Source: Candidatus Poribacteria bacterium (GTDB taxonomy: Bacteria > Poribacteria > WGA-4E > WGA-3G). From it: 64,000 nucleotides of DNA. This document shows, piece by piece, positions 31,039 through 42,569 of this stretch (its first letter is position 1; every line of letters starts with the position of its first letter). The notes below the pieces were generated by a model. That model had not been told where the DNA came from. It was given only the letters and a program-made list of their open reading frames with translations, and searched no databases. A program made the position numbers and the translations under genes. The stretch spans positions 864,001-928,000 of the forward strand of contig OZ251518.1 in assembly GCA_965242965.1 (NCBI GenBank). The letters are read 5' to 3'.

Positions 31039-31497
31039 TCAACCCGCCGCATCCTCAAGTTCTAACAGCACCGGGGATTCAATGCGAATTGCATCTTTGA
31101 TGCAGACTTCTTCACAGAGTTTGCATCCGACGCAGTCCTTCGGTTTGACGAGTTCGCAAATTCCGAAGAAACTTTCGGCATGTTCGCCCGTCTCGGGGTC
31201 TTTCAGTTCGAGGCAGTCCCACGGACAGATATGGACGCAGAAGTCGCATCCGGAGCAGAGTTCTTCGTAGATAACGGCGATAGGACGGTGCGTTGGGCGG
31301 CGAATGAATTTGCAGACTTCGCCGAACTGGTCGCGGATTGCCTCTACCGGGCAAACCATCCCGCACGCGCTGCAATCAATACAGACACCCGGGTCGATGA
31401 TGTGCAACATATTCCGGTCGCCGGTAATCGCATCGACCGGGCAATTGGTAAGGCACGCCATGCACCCGATACATTCATCAGTGATATAATAGGCCAT
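31039..31497 (-). CDS. polyferredoxin with four [4Fe-4S] motifs
   Basis: Four CxxCxxCxxxC motifs; GGAGG RBS. Confidence 0.9.
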   Translation of the reverse strand: MAYYITDECIGCMACLTNCPVDAITGDRNMLHIIDPGVCIDCSACGMVCPVEAIRDQFGEVCKFIRRPTHRPIAVIYEELCSGCDFCVHICPWDCLELKDPETGEHAESFFGICELVKPKDCVGCKLCEEVCIKDAIRIESPVLLELEDAAG

Positions 31498-31649
31498 CAG
31501 TTGTTTACCTCCGATTCTATTTTACCACAAGGTTTGTGGATTTTCAAGGTGTATTTTCGGTTTCTGTTGTGTAAGGTCCTCAGCACAGATTCATGATATT
31601 ATATATTATACCTAATTTGCAGAAAAAATGCAATGAAAAAAATGCTGTC

Positions 31650-32303
31650 GTTTCATCGTAGGGCGGTAGGAAAACCTGTCCCTCGCGATGCATTTTGGTG
31701 TCAGACCGCATCACTCCTGTAGGTCAAGATCGCCTGATCTTGACCCGTTCGGGAGCAGGCACTCCCGAACTACAGAGGTGGGCGATGCCTTCCGGTAGGA
31801 GAGACCTCCTGGTCTCGATGTTCCCGTAGCGCGGGGGCCTGTCCCCCGCGATCTCCATCGTTACGATGTGTGTCCCCCCTGTAGTTTGTGATCGCCTGAT
31901 CACAAACAGGTCAGGATCGCTTGGCAAAGATGCCAGAGCTTCAGACGATCCTGCCCTACAGGGCCCGGCGCGTGAACGATAGCGAGGGACAGGCCCTCGC
32001 CCTACGGTGAAGGATGGCGTTATTTTTTTCGTATCGCGGGGGCCTGTCCCCCGCGATCTTCATCGTTACGATGTGTGTTTCCTCTCTGTAGTTTGTGATC
32101 GCCTGATCACAAACGGGTCAGGATCAGGCGATCCTGACCTACAGAGCCTGGCGCGTGAACGATGGCGAGGGACAGGCCCTCGCCCTACGATGAACGGGGG
32201 GGTTTCTGCCGCCGCGGCCCCGGTAGGCGAGCCGCCCTATTGCATCGAGACCGGGAGGTCTCTCCTACACGAACACATCGAAATATGAAACACCCTGAAT
32301 TAA
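31650..32303. repeat. composite REP-like hairpin cluster
   Basis: Multiple GTAG hairpin families; boundary motif at 32285-32303 faces right. Confidence 0.9.
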
Positions 32304-32306
32304 AAA

Positions 32307-32336
32307 TTGGCATTTTCCTAGCAAATCTGCTATAAT
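32307..32336 (+). promoter_or_regulatory. sigma70-type promoter
   Basis: TTGGCA-18 bp-TATAAT with TG extension. Confidence 0.65.
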
Positions 32337-32407
32337 AGAGAATAGCCTATCTAGAGATGGGAAACTACGTATCTTTAAAAAGAAAAACGTTGAAAAAGAG
32401 GAACACA

Positions 32408-33178
32408 ATGAATTTAGGACTTAAGGATAAAGTGGTGATTGTAACCGGCGCGAGCCGCGGTATCGGGCGCGCCATCGCGCACGGCTTCGCCGATGAAGGA
32501 GCCCGGCTCAGCATCTGCGGCAGGACTCCCGAAACATTACAGAATGTAACGGACGAACTCATCGCGAAAGGTGCCGCGGTCTTCGCGAAACCGACAGATG
32601 TAACCGACACCGAACAAGTCAACGCCTTTATGACAGCAACCGTCGAAAAATACGGCAGGATTGATGTCGTTGTGAACAATGTCGGTGGCAGCCGGAAGAC
32701 ACCGTTGTCAGAGATTTCGGATACCGAATGGCACGAGGTGCTTGATTTGAATCTCATTTCGGCGGCTCGGATTAACCAACACGCTATTCCGTCGATGCAG
32801 AAACAGGGAGGCGGGGTTATCTTGATGATAGCCTCGATTTACGGCAGGGAAGGCGGCGGACATATTACCTATAACGCCGCGAAAGCCGCTGAGATTAGCA
32901 TGGCGAAATCGCTCGCGAAAGAACTCGCGCCGGACAATATCCGTGTGAACAGCATCGCGCCCGGGTCTATCCTATTTCCCGGTGGTGGTTGGGCGCGCCG
33001 AATGGCGGCAGACCCGGCGGCGATGGATGCTTTTGTGAAGAGTGATATGCCGTTGGGCCGCTTCGGGAAACCGGAGGAAATTGCCGACGTAGTCGTCTTC
33101 CTCGCTTCGGCGCGCGCGAGTCTTGTCACGGGTGCCTGTATTAACGTTGATGGGTGTCAGTCGCATTCCAACATCTGA
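32408..33178 (+). CDS. SDR family oxidoreductase
   Basis: TGASRGIG, VNNVGG, YNAAK catalytic motif and IRVNSIAPG; GAGG RBS. Confidence 0.92.
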   Translation: MNLGLKDKVVIVTGASRGIGRAIAHGFADEGARLSICGRTPETLQNVTDELIAKGAAVFAKPTDVTDTEQVNAFMTATVEKYGRIDVVVNNVGGSRKTPLSEISDTEWHEVLDLNLISAARINQHAIPSMQKQGGGVILMIASIYGREGGGHITYNAAKAAEISMAKSLAKELAPDNIRVNSIAPGSILFPGGGWARRMAADPAAMDAFVKSDMPLGRFGKPEEIADVVVFLASARASLVTGACINVDGCQSHSNI

Positions 33179-33184
33179 TCCCGC

Positions 33185-33785
33185 GAAACCTCTTTAGGAG
33201 AACCCTCCCGGTCTTGATGCGCCCCGTATCGGGACAAGGATGTCCCGCCTACCGGAAGGCCTCGGGCGCACCTCTGTAGTTCGGGATCACCCGCTCCCGA
33301 ACAGTTCAGGAGCAGGCACTCTTGACCTACAGAAGAAGAGAAGGGGGGGGATCTGGTGCAATAACGATGGCAAAGGACAGGCCCTCGCCCTACGGTAAGG
33401 GGAGACGGCCCGGACAACCGTAGCGCGGGGGCCTGTCCCCCGCCATCGTTCGATCGCGCGGACGATTCGCGCCACCACATTTGTAGTTCGGGAGCACCCG
33501 CTCCCGAACGGTTCAAGAGCAGGTGCTCTTGAACTACAGTGGGGAGGGAGTCTGGCGCGCGGAACGATGGCGAGGGGAACCCGCTCGGATGCGCGTGTGG
33601 CATCCGAGGGCCCTCGCCCTACGGTAAAGGGATAGCGTTCTGGATACCGTAGCGCGGGGGACAGGCCCCCGCGCTACGGGAACATCGAGACTAGGAGGTC
33701 TCTCCTACCGAGGACATCGTTCGCATCGAGACCGGGACGGCGCGCCGACAGGGAAAAATCGAGACCGGGAGGTCTCTCCTACCAA
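33185..33785. repeat. composite REP-like hairpin cluster
   Basis: At least four hairpin families intermixed. Confidence 0.9.
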
Positions 33786-33946
33786 TCAGAACTCCTTCCA
33801 CCGCTTCCCAACCAATATCAACCCCTAAATTTTTCCTATCCCCCTATCTACTCCGGAAAAACTCACGGAATAATGACATTGTATCATTTTTGCAAATTGA
33901 ACGTTAAGATAAAAAAGAAATCGTCTCAACAAGGAGCTATTGTGTT

Positions 33947-35683
33947 ATGCAGTTAAAAATTATCAGCATCATCAGTCTAATCGCTGTCCTGCTTGCGGGT
34001 TTGTGGAGCATTGACGCGGATGCATCGGGCATCGGACATCGCGATATTTTCGTTGGAGCAAGCGCGCGCGCAGTCGGAATGGGGAGTGCTTTCACCGCCG
34101 GGCCCTCGACAAATAACGCCTTCTTATGGAACCCCTCCTCACTCGGATTCATGAACGGGTTAGAATTTGCGTTCGGTGGCGTGCCGGTTACAGGGAATAC
34201 CTCAGGCAGAGATGGCGCGTTTTCAGTGGCGGCGAGCCCGAACGCGCTGGGTATAACCGAGAAAAATGTCGGCAGTCTCTCCGTCGCCTCGTGGATCGAC
34301 GGTTGGAACACGCCTAACACTGACACCGATGTTACCCAGATTGTGCTGTTAGGTTATGGCTTCGCCATCAGCGAACAGGCATCAGCCGGCGCGAATGTCC
34401 GCTATTATCAGAATATGGATGCCATCCGGACCAACTACCTCTGGAGTGCAGACCTCGGGGTGCAGCTCACCTATCCTCTTGAAAAATGGGACGACACCCT
34501 CACAATGGGGCTGAGCCTGAACGAGGTAAGCAGCGGCATCCGGGTAGATGGACAGGTAATTGAACCGGCACCTATCGCCGCACGGTTGGGAATGACTTAC
34601 GCCTGGGGCAGTGAAACTCTGTTTTCCGCGGATTTCGCGCACTATGTGCAAAATCGACTGGACCGGACGGAACGGTTTCGGTTGCACCTCGGCGCGGAAC
34701 GGTGGCTTTTCAATGGACACTTCGGTTTGCGGACCGGGTATACCGCACTCACCGCCGCCGAGCGGTTCCAGAACGGCGAATGGACAGGCGGAGTCAGCCT
34801 CCGCAACGATTATGGACAACTAGACTACGCCTACGTCACTGGCAGGGAATTGGAGCAGAACTTGCACTGGATTTCGGCGACGGTGCGCTGGGGAGATAGG
34901 CACTCGCATTCGGTAGCGGCGAACGTGAATACCAAAAAAGTCAGCACATCAATTGAGACAAAACCTCGCGTCACGACATCACCGATTTTAATGCCGAAAA
35001 CGCTAGAAACTGAGGTTCCGGTAGAAAAAGCACGGGAACCCGTTGCTAGTCAGGTTGCACTGCGAGTCTCCGAACTCACAATTTCACCGAACAACGATGG
35101 CATCGCGGATAGCACGGCATTCCGGTTTGAAGTCGGCAAAAACGATGCATGGACATTGACAATCCGTGACGAATACACGGAAGCGGTGTGGGAACAATCG
35201 GGGAGCGGTTCGCCGCCACCGAAAGGAATTGTGTGGAACGGCACGGCGAGCACCGGCAAACCGGTAATCGCAGGAATCTACGAGGCGCGCCTGAGCGTGG
35301 GGGATGCGCAAAACGTAAGTAGCCAAAAAATCCTTGTAGACATCAAACCCCTGCCGATGAAAAAGGAAACTGTCGCCGCACCGAGAGCGGTAAGTAAGCA
35401 AAAAACTGAACTACCATTGATGAAAACGAAAGCCGCTGTCTCGCCGATGTGGTGCTTGATGGTAGGCTCCTTCGCATCACAGAATAACGCCGAATCGCTG
35501 GCGGCAGAGTTACGCCGTTTGCATCCGGGTGAGAAAGTGTCGGTCTACGCCGTGTCCATCAACGAGCAAACGATGCATCGAGTGACGATTGGGGCATTCG
35601 CTGAGCGTGCGGAAGCAGCGGTGCTCACACAAGAGATTAAAGCCGCACAGGGGGTGGAACCGGTGTTGATTGTGTTGCAATAA
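33947..35683 (+). CDS. PorV/PorQ(UPF0164)-like beta-barrel + FlgD-Ig-like + SPOR domain protein
   Basis: Signal peptide, GASARAVGMGSAF..WNPSSL, ISPNNDG..D and WNG...GIY, then C-terminal VGSFAS..NA..HRVTIGAF. Confidence 0.72.
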   Translation: MQLKIISIISLIAVLLAGLWSIDADASGIGHRDIFVGASARAVGMGSAFTAGPSTNNAFLWNPSSLGFMNGLEFAFGGVPVTGNTSGRDGAFSVAASPNALGITEKNVGSLSVASWIDGWNTPNTDTDVTQIVLLGYGFAISEQASAGANVRYYQNMDAIRTNYLWSADLGVQLTYPLEKWDDTLTMGLSLNEVSSGIRVDGQVIEPAPIAARLGMTYAWGSETLFSADFAHYVQNRLDRTERFRLHLGAERWLFNGHFGLRTGYTALTAAERFQNGEWTGGVSLRNDYGQLDYAYVTGRELEQNLHWISATVRWGDRHSHSVAANVNTKKVSTSIETKPRVTTSPILMPKTLETEVPVEKAREPVASQVALRVSELTISPNNDGIADSTAFRFEVGKNDAWTLTIRDEYTEAVWEQSGSGSPPPKGIVWNGTASTGKPVIAGIYEARLSVGDAQNVSSQKILVDIKPLPMKKETVAAPRAVSKQKTELPLMKTKAAVSPMWCLMVGSFASQNNAESLAAELRRLHPGEKVSVYAVSINEQTMHRVTIGAFAERAEAAVLTQEIKAAQGVEPVLIVLQ

Positions 35684-35709
35684 CGCGATGCCCGATAGCA
35701 GGGTTTGCC

Positions 35710-36549
35710 TTACAACGCATAAAACGCTAAAGCATTCTGATAGAAGAGACGATTTTTCTCGGCATCGGAGGCATCGGCGACGGCGTAGAGGAGCGCGTCC
35801 ACCCACTCGCGATAGGTGGCGGCGAGGGTGCATACAGGCCAATCACTCCCGAACATGAGCCTGTCATACCCGAACGCCTCCACGAGGTGCAGGATGTAAG
35901 GCTTCAGTTCTTCCGATGTCCAATTTGGGCTGGCCATCGTCACGATGCCAGAGACTTTGCAATGGACGTTCTCAAAGGCGGCGAGTTCGCGGACGTGGGT
36001 TGCCCACGGCTCGAATTTGCCGCCTTTTACGTCCGGTCCGCCGCAGTGATTCATCGCGTGTCTCACATCGGGTGTCGCCTTCACCAATTCAATCGCCGCG
36101 GGGAGTTGCGCGTGATTTGCACAAAGTTCAAACGAGAGATTGAATTTCGGCAGCAATTTTACACCGGCGATGAGTTCGGGACTGGCATAGAAGCGATTGT
36201 CTGGGATGTGCCACGCCATGCGCCGCACGGCGACGACGAGTTCAAACGCGGCGAGTTGTTCCAAGACAGCTTCGGCGTTCGGTTTTTCGAGGGGTGCAGC
36301 GGCGGCTATCGCGCCTATCATCCCATCTTTTTCAGCGATGTCGGTTAGCCATTGAACTTCTTGGACGACTTGCGTTTCGCCCGGGTCGCCTTCAACGTGA
36401 ACGGATTTGACGACGTTCAAATCGCCGATGGCATCGCGATAATCTTGTGGGGTATACCGTTTCCGCAGCGAGTCAACATCGTCTAGCCACGGGTATTCTA
36501 GTTGTGCGGTATCCCAGAGGTGTTGGTGTGTATCAATGATTTTGCGCAT
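35710..36549 (-). CDS. amidohydrolase_2 family protein (lactonase-like)
   Basis: IIDTHQHLW, NHCGGP, NVHCKVSG and FGYDRLMFGSDWPV. Confidence 0.9.
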   Translation of the reverse strand: MRKIIDTHQHLWDTAQLEYPWLDDVDSLRKRYTPQDYRDAIGDLNVVKSVHVEGDPGETQVVQEVQWLTDIAEKDGMIGAIAAAAPLEKPNAEAVLEQLAAFELVVAVRRMAWHIPDNRFYASPELIAGVKLLPKFNLSFELCANHAQLPAAIELVKATPDVRHAMNHCGGPDVKGGKFEPWATHVRELAAFENVHCKVSGIVTMASPNWTSEELKPYILHLVEAFGYDRLMFGSDWPVCTLAATYREWVDALLYAVADASDAEKNRLFYQNALAFYAL

Positions 36550-36618
36550 ATTTTGTCCTCAGGTTTATACCAAATGAAGTTGATTTGTTTCGTCCCAGTA
36601 GTTCTGGTTTCTTTGGTA

Positions 36619-37470
36619 TTATACCGTATTGATGAAGATATCCAAATGTTCTTGGCTATCGTTTTCAGGATTGAACGTCCGTAATTCTTCGCGTTTTGCT
36701 GCTCTCACGAGCCGCTTATCGGAGCATACCAAAACCAGGTCACCTCCGGCAGCTCGCAAATTGTTTGCTTCATCAAGCGCGCATTGAAGGATAAGGGCAT
36801 CGCTACTGTTGATGGCGTGAGCCGCAATCAGTTTGCGCGCAGCAATTTTCTGATTAGGGGTTGCCTCTAATTGTACTACCTCGGCATGATTGACAACTTC
36901 CGCCTCAAATTTTTCGATGGCTTGATCGTGGTCAGGTTGAATCAGCCCTCCATCCGGCTTCCGAAGTTTTCTAGCCATAACAGCATAGACTTCGTTGAGA
37001 CTATCAACCAAACAGAGGATTCGCGAGGTGGGGATGTGCACGAAGAAATAGTTGATTAGTTGCGTGCCTTTTTCATCAACGTACCGTTTGGCGAAAGCAT
37101 TGGCATCAACCCAGAAATAAATTAGGCTATTGCGTTGCGGGATGATGCTGATTTCTTCAACTTCTCTCTTAACCGCCCTCTCATTGGCTTGTGTCCGTCG
37201 CCACTTTACGTCCTTTAACCATTCGTCACGATACCGAGTCACTAGGGGAGCATCCAATTTACGTCCAAATCCACCTGTAATTTGTGTCTGGTTATGGTGC
37301 TCAAGACAAAGAACAACGAGGTTTTCCAAAGTGTTATTGCTTGGCTCTCCATCAATGTGATGAATTTGAACGGTTTTCCCGTTTTCGCGACAGACACAAC
37401 AGGTTCTATCGGCGGCAAACATGACATCTGCCGCTAAGTCCTTTGGAATCGGTATTCGTTTTTTCTTCAT
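36619..37470 (-). CDS. HNH endonuclease - PIN (VapC-like) fusion protein
   Basis: N-terminal CCVC..QIHHIDG..NN..NLVVLC..HH. C-terminal VDANAFAKRY..E, DAL and SDKRL..AA. Confidence 0.8.
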   Translation of the reverse strand: MKKKRIPIPKDLAADVMFAADRTCCVCRENGKTVQIHHIDGEPSNNTLENLVVLCLEHHNQTQITGGFGRKLDAPLVTRYRDEWLKDVKWRRTQANERAVKREVEEISIIPQRNSLIYFWVDANAFAKRYVDEKGTQLINYFFVHIPTSRILCLVDSLNEVYAVMARKLRKPDGGLIQPDHDQAIEKFEAEVVNHAEVVQLEATPNQKIAARKLIAAHAINSSDALILQCALDEANNLRAAGGDLVLVCSDKRLVRAAKREELRTFNPENDSQEHLDIFINTV

Positions 37471-37570
37471 GTGCGTCCTAGAAATCCCTAGAGGAAGCAG
37501 TCCTCGCGTGCATCATTTGCGCCGAAATATAGGCCGGCGACGGAAGCGGTTGTCAGTGTTTTCCGCCATC

Positions 37571-40500
37571 TCAATCATGATACTCATCGTAAAGAGTTCT
37601 TAAGAAGTCAAACCCGGCTTCCCCATAGAGATTGCAGATCCGATCGGCAATCTGCTTCTGTCCGGCACGATACAGAATGCGGACGGTTTCCTCAATATCA
37701 GTCCGATCGTAATACGGGTACGTTTCATTGGCTAGCATGTCAGATAAATCTCCCCAACTTCCGCGGGGGTTTTGGAGACATGCAGTCGCAACGCCTCAAC
37801 GAAAAATGCGACCTTGTGACGTTTGATGGAACTTATTGACAGTTTTAACCAGTTGAGAACTTCCGCGTCTATCTGATCGACTAAGGCTACCCATCCAGAC
37901 AAACGGGAGAAGACCTCCTGATATTCCGACACGTCCTCTTTTCGGGAAAGCGATTCACACAAGGCACGCCATGTCGGCCGAACCTTTTCCTTCAATTTCG
38001 CCGGGAGAGCATCCCTTTGCCGCCAGAAAAAATGAATCAGTGCGGAGAGAAGTTCCGGGGATCCGTGGTTTATCAACTGATAAATGAGGCTCGTCTCATC
38101 TTCCAGCGTCTCTGCCGAGCCAATTGCCCAACCGACACAAATGTGGGTAACGAGAGTTTCCCTTACCCCACGCGCCTCCGTCTCATTACCAAAATTTGTC
38201 TCTAAAGCCCACTGATAGTGGCCATGTTCCTTATCCTTAAGCAAGGCATAGAGATCGGAGTAGACTTGGCTGGAATAGAACAGGTATCCCGAAAAAGCGG
38301 CATGCCAATGAACGTCATTCTCCTGCGGGAAAATGCGATCGACATTGGCGATGACCCACGCCTTGTCTAGGTAAAACAGATTCGGCAAGTAGGCACCCAG
38401 CGTGAAGGAAAATTCCAAAGCGTATTCCACCCGCCGGTCTAGTCTTTTCGTGAATTCCTCACGAACGGCGTGCGGCCATCGACTACCGTCCTTTTCGGCA
38501 GTGTCGTTCGTGCGCGCGAACCGTAAGGCGTAGTTTATCATCGTCGAAAACACCTTACCTCTACCCGAATTCAGAACAGTAAAAGGCAGATTTTTCAAGG
38601 CAGTCACGCTCGGTTTCACCTTCTCTACCAGAACGAAAAGGATTTGTTCGGCGAGCGGCAAGAGATTGACATCAAACGCATGATTATCATCCTCTGTCCC
38701 GGCTGCTATCAAATCTACCGTGGCAGAAAGAATCCAGTTCCGATGACTCAAGCGAGGCATTTGTTGCTCGGCCCAGAATGTTTCGGACGAGAGGCATTGA
38801 TGGATGAATGCCAGCAACGCCTCCCAATTGACCTCCCTTTTCTCGCGCCACGCTTTCAAGAACCCTTGTAAGATCGAAGTTTGATACAGGGGAGGAACAT
38901 ATTGAAAAGACAGCAGGTTCTCCGTAAACCGTTCGGGATCCGTGGCAACGCATTCTTCAAGTGTATTCCCTAATCCGAGCGCAGTCGGTACCGACGGGTC
39001 TATCAGTGGAGTTTCTTTGAAGTTTCGCAGATATGCAGCGATTTCGGCATTAGACATCCCAGCCAGAACTTCAACTGTGATGGGACTTGTCTCTCCTACC
39101 CAGAACCCCGGAGTTGTAGAAAAATGGAGTCCAGGCATCTCAAGTTTCGCAGGATTAATCTGCTCATACTTCTCAATGGCGGTTAAAACCTTTTCGTTGC
39201 CTGTTCCTACGAGCGCGGAGAGCCACTCTCGCTTTTCGTTCGCTCGTTCTTCAGCATCCTCGGGTAACGCAGCATCCTGATATGACTCTATCCAGTGCAA
39301 AAGCTGCTCTATTTCGGCATCACTAAACGCCGTGCAGTGGGTTTGGATGAGGTCGTAAAGTCCCGGCTTCAGCAAAACCTCTTCAAGGGGATTACCTTGC
39401 CATTTCCAGAACAGCCTCTTCAAGTCCGCGTAATGGTGCTTGATTGCATTTAGTGCTATCAAACCGAAAATAGCGCGCGACTCGCGCCGCGATTCTTGGA
39501 GCAATGCCTCCACCGTTTCGGCGATGCTCTCAGGTGTAGCAAACTGAAGCAGCCTGCAGGTGAAACGGACCGCGAACTCCGGATAGTCTTCGTCAGCGTG
39601 CTTGGAAGCATCTCCTTCAACTAACTGTATCCAGAAAAACACGTGAGGGTCATCAACTATCAGCGTTTGAATGCGCTTCAGTCCTAACTGTGCTGCCTCA
39701 ACGCCACATAACCGCGCAATGGTTTGCTCCCTATTTCTCAACGCGTCCTTAAGGGAATAGGCATCAACCGACTCATCAAGAACTACTTTGAGCAGCCCGA
39801 GGGTTAACTCTTTCGCGCCGGCATCGAGAAGTTTGGGCAAAATCGTTTCGCCGACTTCTTCAATTAACAACGGGCCTACCTCTACGCCGCTGGTTTTCAA
39901 GGCTGTGCCGATAAAAGCGATATGACGCGCGTCTATCATGCCCACAGGCAATGTCCCGATAATGTCGATGAGCCGCCAAGCCGTATGACTGTTAACGATA
40001 CCCCCACTAGCGTCAGCGGCATTGACGATGTATTCAACGATGTCATTGACGATTTTCACAAGAACACCGACAGGTCTATCTGGATGCTTGGCAACCCGTG
40101 CGACGTAATTTAACGCGTACCAGGTAGGCATATGGTAGTTTCCGGGTGAACCAACGACTTCCTGCGGCGCGGGATTCCGCTCCGGATTAAACCAACCGTC
40201 TACTTTTAGGGGCTTCAACCAGGCAGGAGAATCCAACTTGGAGAAGAAATACGCGCGGCGGACATCCGATGCCAAAAGATTGGGCAACGTCTTTACGATC
40301 TGCTCGTTCGGTTCCTTAAGTTCAAGGAACCGGTCCAACCGACTAAGGAGATTGAAATGGTTTCCCACCAGATCTACCAAAACGTTCTCAAAATCGTTCC
40401 ACAGCGGCACAAAAACATCTCTTGTCCGAGGCGGTTTCCACGCACCGTGGCGATGGGCAAACTTAGCGAAGCGTTTCGCTACCTTTATCCACCTTTTAGC

Positions 40501-40944
40501 AATTGGCGAGTCTTCGTCGGTGCCAAGAAATTGCAAGATTGAATCTTTGTGTCCACCTTGCTTCTTTTTGTAACTCAACTTGACGGTCCCCGGCACATTG
40601 ATGTCAAACTCAAGGTGCTTTCCCATCTCCTGCTCGTCCGTTAATCTCCCACCGTCCGGAGTTTGAACAACGACTTCCAAGGCATCTCTTCTTTTTACCT
40701 TGAGAACATCCGTCAAGCCGCCCTCAATCTCACGCGCAATATGCGCGAGAAGATAGGGGGCAGACTCTAAATCGTTGTCGCGCAAAACCTTTATCCCGGA
40801 AAGATAAAAGGCAGCGATTTCAGGTCCGATAGCCTCCAAATTCCGGTAAATTTCCGCTTGCCGGGGAGACATCTCCAATTCGCGGTTTTGGAGACTCTCC
40901 GGCACGTGCGATAAGTCTGGTGTCTCGTCAAAATTGCTATACAT
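37571..40944 (-). pseudogene. large alpha-helical protein with possible N-terminal HEPN-like domain; frameshift near 37740
   Basis: The 1070-aa ORF ends abruptly EIYLTC*. An overlapping frame (37738-37571) continues MLANETYPYYDRTDIEETVRILYRAGQKQIADRICNLYGEAGFDFLRTLYDEYHD*. Confidence 0.6.
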
Positions 40945-41340
40945 AATTCCACCTTCCTGGTTTGACTAAAGATTGATGCACGCCGTCCGGTCCGAGTGCC
41001 GCCTGCTGTCGCGACGTTCACGAACCAACGTATCTAGTCTACCCTAAAAACCTCAAATTTGCAAACAAAAAACGCCGAGTGTCATCAACAATAGGTGCTA
41101 ACCGTATATATGTTAACACATATTCAAGCGAATGTCAAATTATTTTTTTCGCCGCATCGTGCCTGGTTCTGTAGTTCGGGAGCGCCTGCTCCCGAACGGG
41201 TCAGGATCAGGCGATCCTGACCTACAGGTGTGGCGGCGGCGTGCTGGCCGCCGCGCGTGTTGGGTTGCGCGAGGCATGGCGAGGGACAGGCCCTCGCCCT
41301 ACGGTGAAGAGGTGGCGTTTTTTTCACACCCTGACATTTT

Positions 41341-42126
41341 CTATCGACGCGCCTTGAGATCTCCCCAGGTTGTGGCGAGTTTATCCTGCGGTTGCACCGA
41401 AAGAAATTCGCCATCCATTACCTCTTTAATCTCGGCCTCTGATAACGCACGGTTGAAGATGTAGAATTCATCCATGAGACCATCGAACCATCTCCCATTT
41501 TTATGATGCCCGATTGCGGCTTGGACATCCCAGTTATCGGAGAGTTCCCCGTCGCCTTTCGCCTCATGCGTTTCTTTCCCATCAACGTAGGTTCGCGTCG
41601 TGCCGCCTTTGCTATCGTAGGTGCCGGTAAAGTGAACCCACTTGCCGCCTTTGATAATCGGCCCCGGATTGATGTTGAATACCTCTTTCTCGGCACCATC
41701 CCGATGAAACCACCGGAAACCGGCAGGCCGGATTTCGACGTGGTAAAGCCCACTACCGTGGTCCGTCCCGATGGCATCAAAGATACTCTGCGGTTCTGCC
41801 GAGTCGTTGTGATTCACCCAAACGGCGATAGTGATGCCTTCAAGCGGAACGTTTTCAAACTCCGGGCCATTCAGATTTACCCACGTGTTGGGCTCCAAGA
41901 CGATGGCTTTTTCGATTACCCCGTCTTCGCGGGCGGCTTTCCCTTCAATTTTCCCATCGTTGCCATAGATGGAGCCATCTTTGACGGTATCACCGTTGCC
42001 GTCAAAGTTGTAGTAGACAGACAACGTCGGATCGCTGAGGTCTGCCGCCGCTGAAAGCGCGCATGCAACTGTCATGCACACGACAGCGAGGAAAACGTGA
42101 AAGGATTTTATGGAATTGTAAGACAT
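41341..42126 (-). CDS. secreted LamG / concanavalin-like domain protein
   Basis: Signal peptide, YYNFD, ITIAVWV, WVHFTGTYD, YVDG, FDGLMDEFYIFNRALS and C-terminal VQPQDKLATTWGDLK. Confidence 0.88.
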   Translation of the reverse strand: MSYNSIKSFHVFLAVVCMTVACALSAAADLSDPTLSVYYNFDGNGDTVKDGSIYGNDGKIEGKAAREDGVIEKAIVLEPNTWVNLNGPEFENVPLEGITIAVWVNHNDSAEPQSIFDAIGTDHGSGLYHVEIRPAGFRWFHRDGAEKEVFNINPGPIIKGGKWVHFTGTYDSKGGTTRTYVDGKETHEAKGDGELSDNWDVQAAIGHHKNGRWFDGLMDEFYIFNRALSEAEIKEVMDGEFLSVQPQDKLATTWGDLKARR

Positions 42127-42415
42127 TTGAGCCTCCTTAAAATTGTGTCGGTTTGTATTTTTAGCGTTTCGCGTTGATTAATCGAACGCTCGCGAGGGAC
42201 AGGCCCTCGCACTACGGTAAAGTAAAATCCGTTCGGGAGCAGGCGCTCCCGAACTACAGAGGGGACAGGTCCTCGCGCTACGGTAACGTTAAAATTGCGC
42301 GGTTGCATCGAGACCGGGAGGTCTCTCCTACCAGGCCCTCGCGCTACGGTAACGTTAACATTCCGTTGCAAACATTATAGCATTAAACCATTAAAAATGG
42401 AAATGCCATTTTTTC

Positions 42416-42444
42416 TTGACAAAATTACGCAAAAATGCTAAAAT
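42416..42444 (+). promoter_or_regulatory. sigma70-type promoter
   Basis: TTGACA-17 bp-TAAAAT with TG extension. Confidence 0.7.
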
Positions 42445-42569
42445 CCTAAACGGTGTGGTTTCCATCCGCCGGAAGCCTTTTGTTTACAAAATTTTGAACG
42501 TCGGTAACTTGTCCGATAGATAATTGCTAACGGGCAAATCCCCAACGAATCCTAAAAAGGAACGATGCT

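Noticed and set aside
42445-42569. Riboswitch in the LRR gene leader
   Set aside because: No recognisable aptamer consensus or convincing alternative stems.
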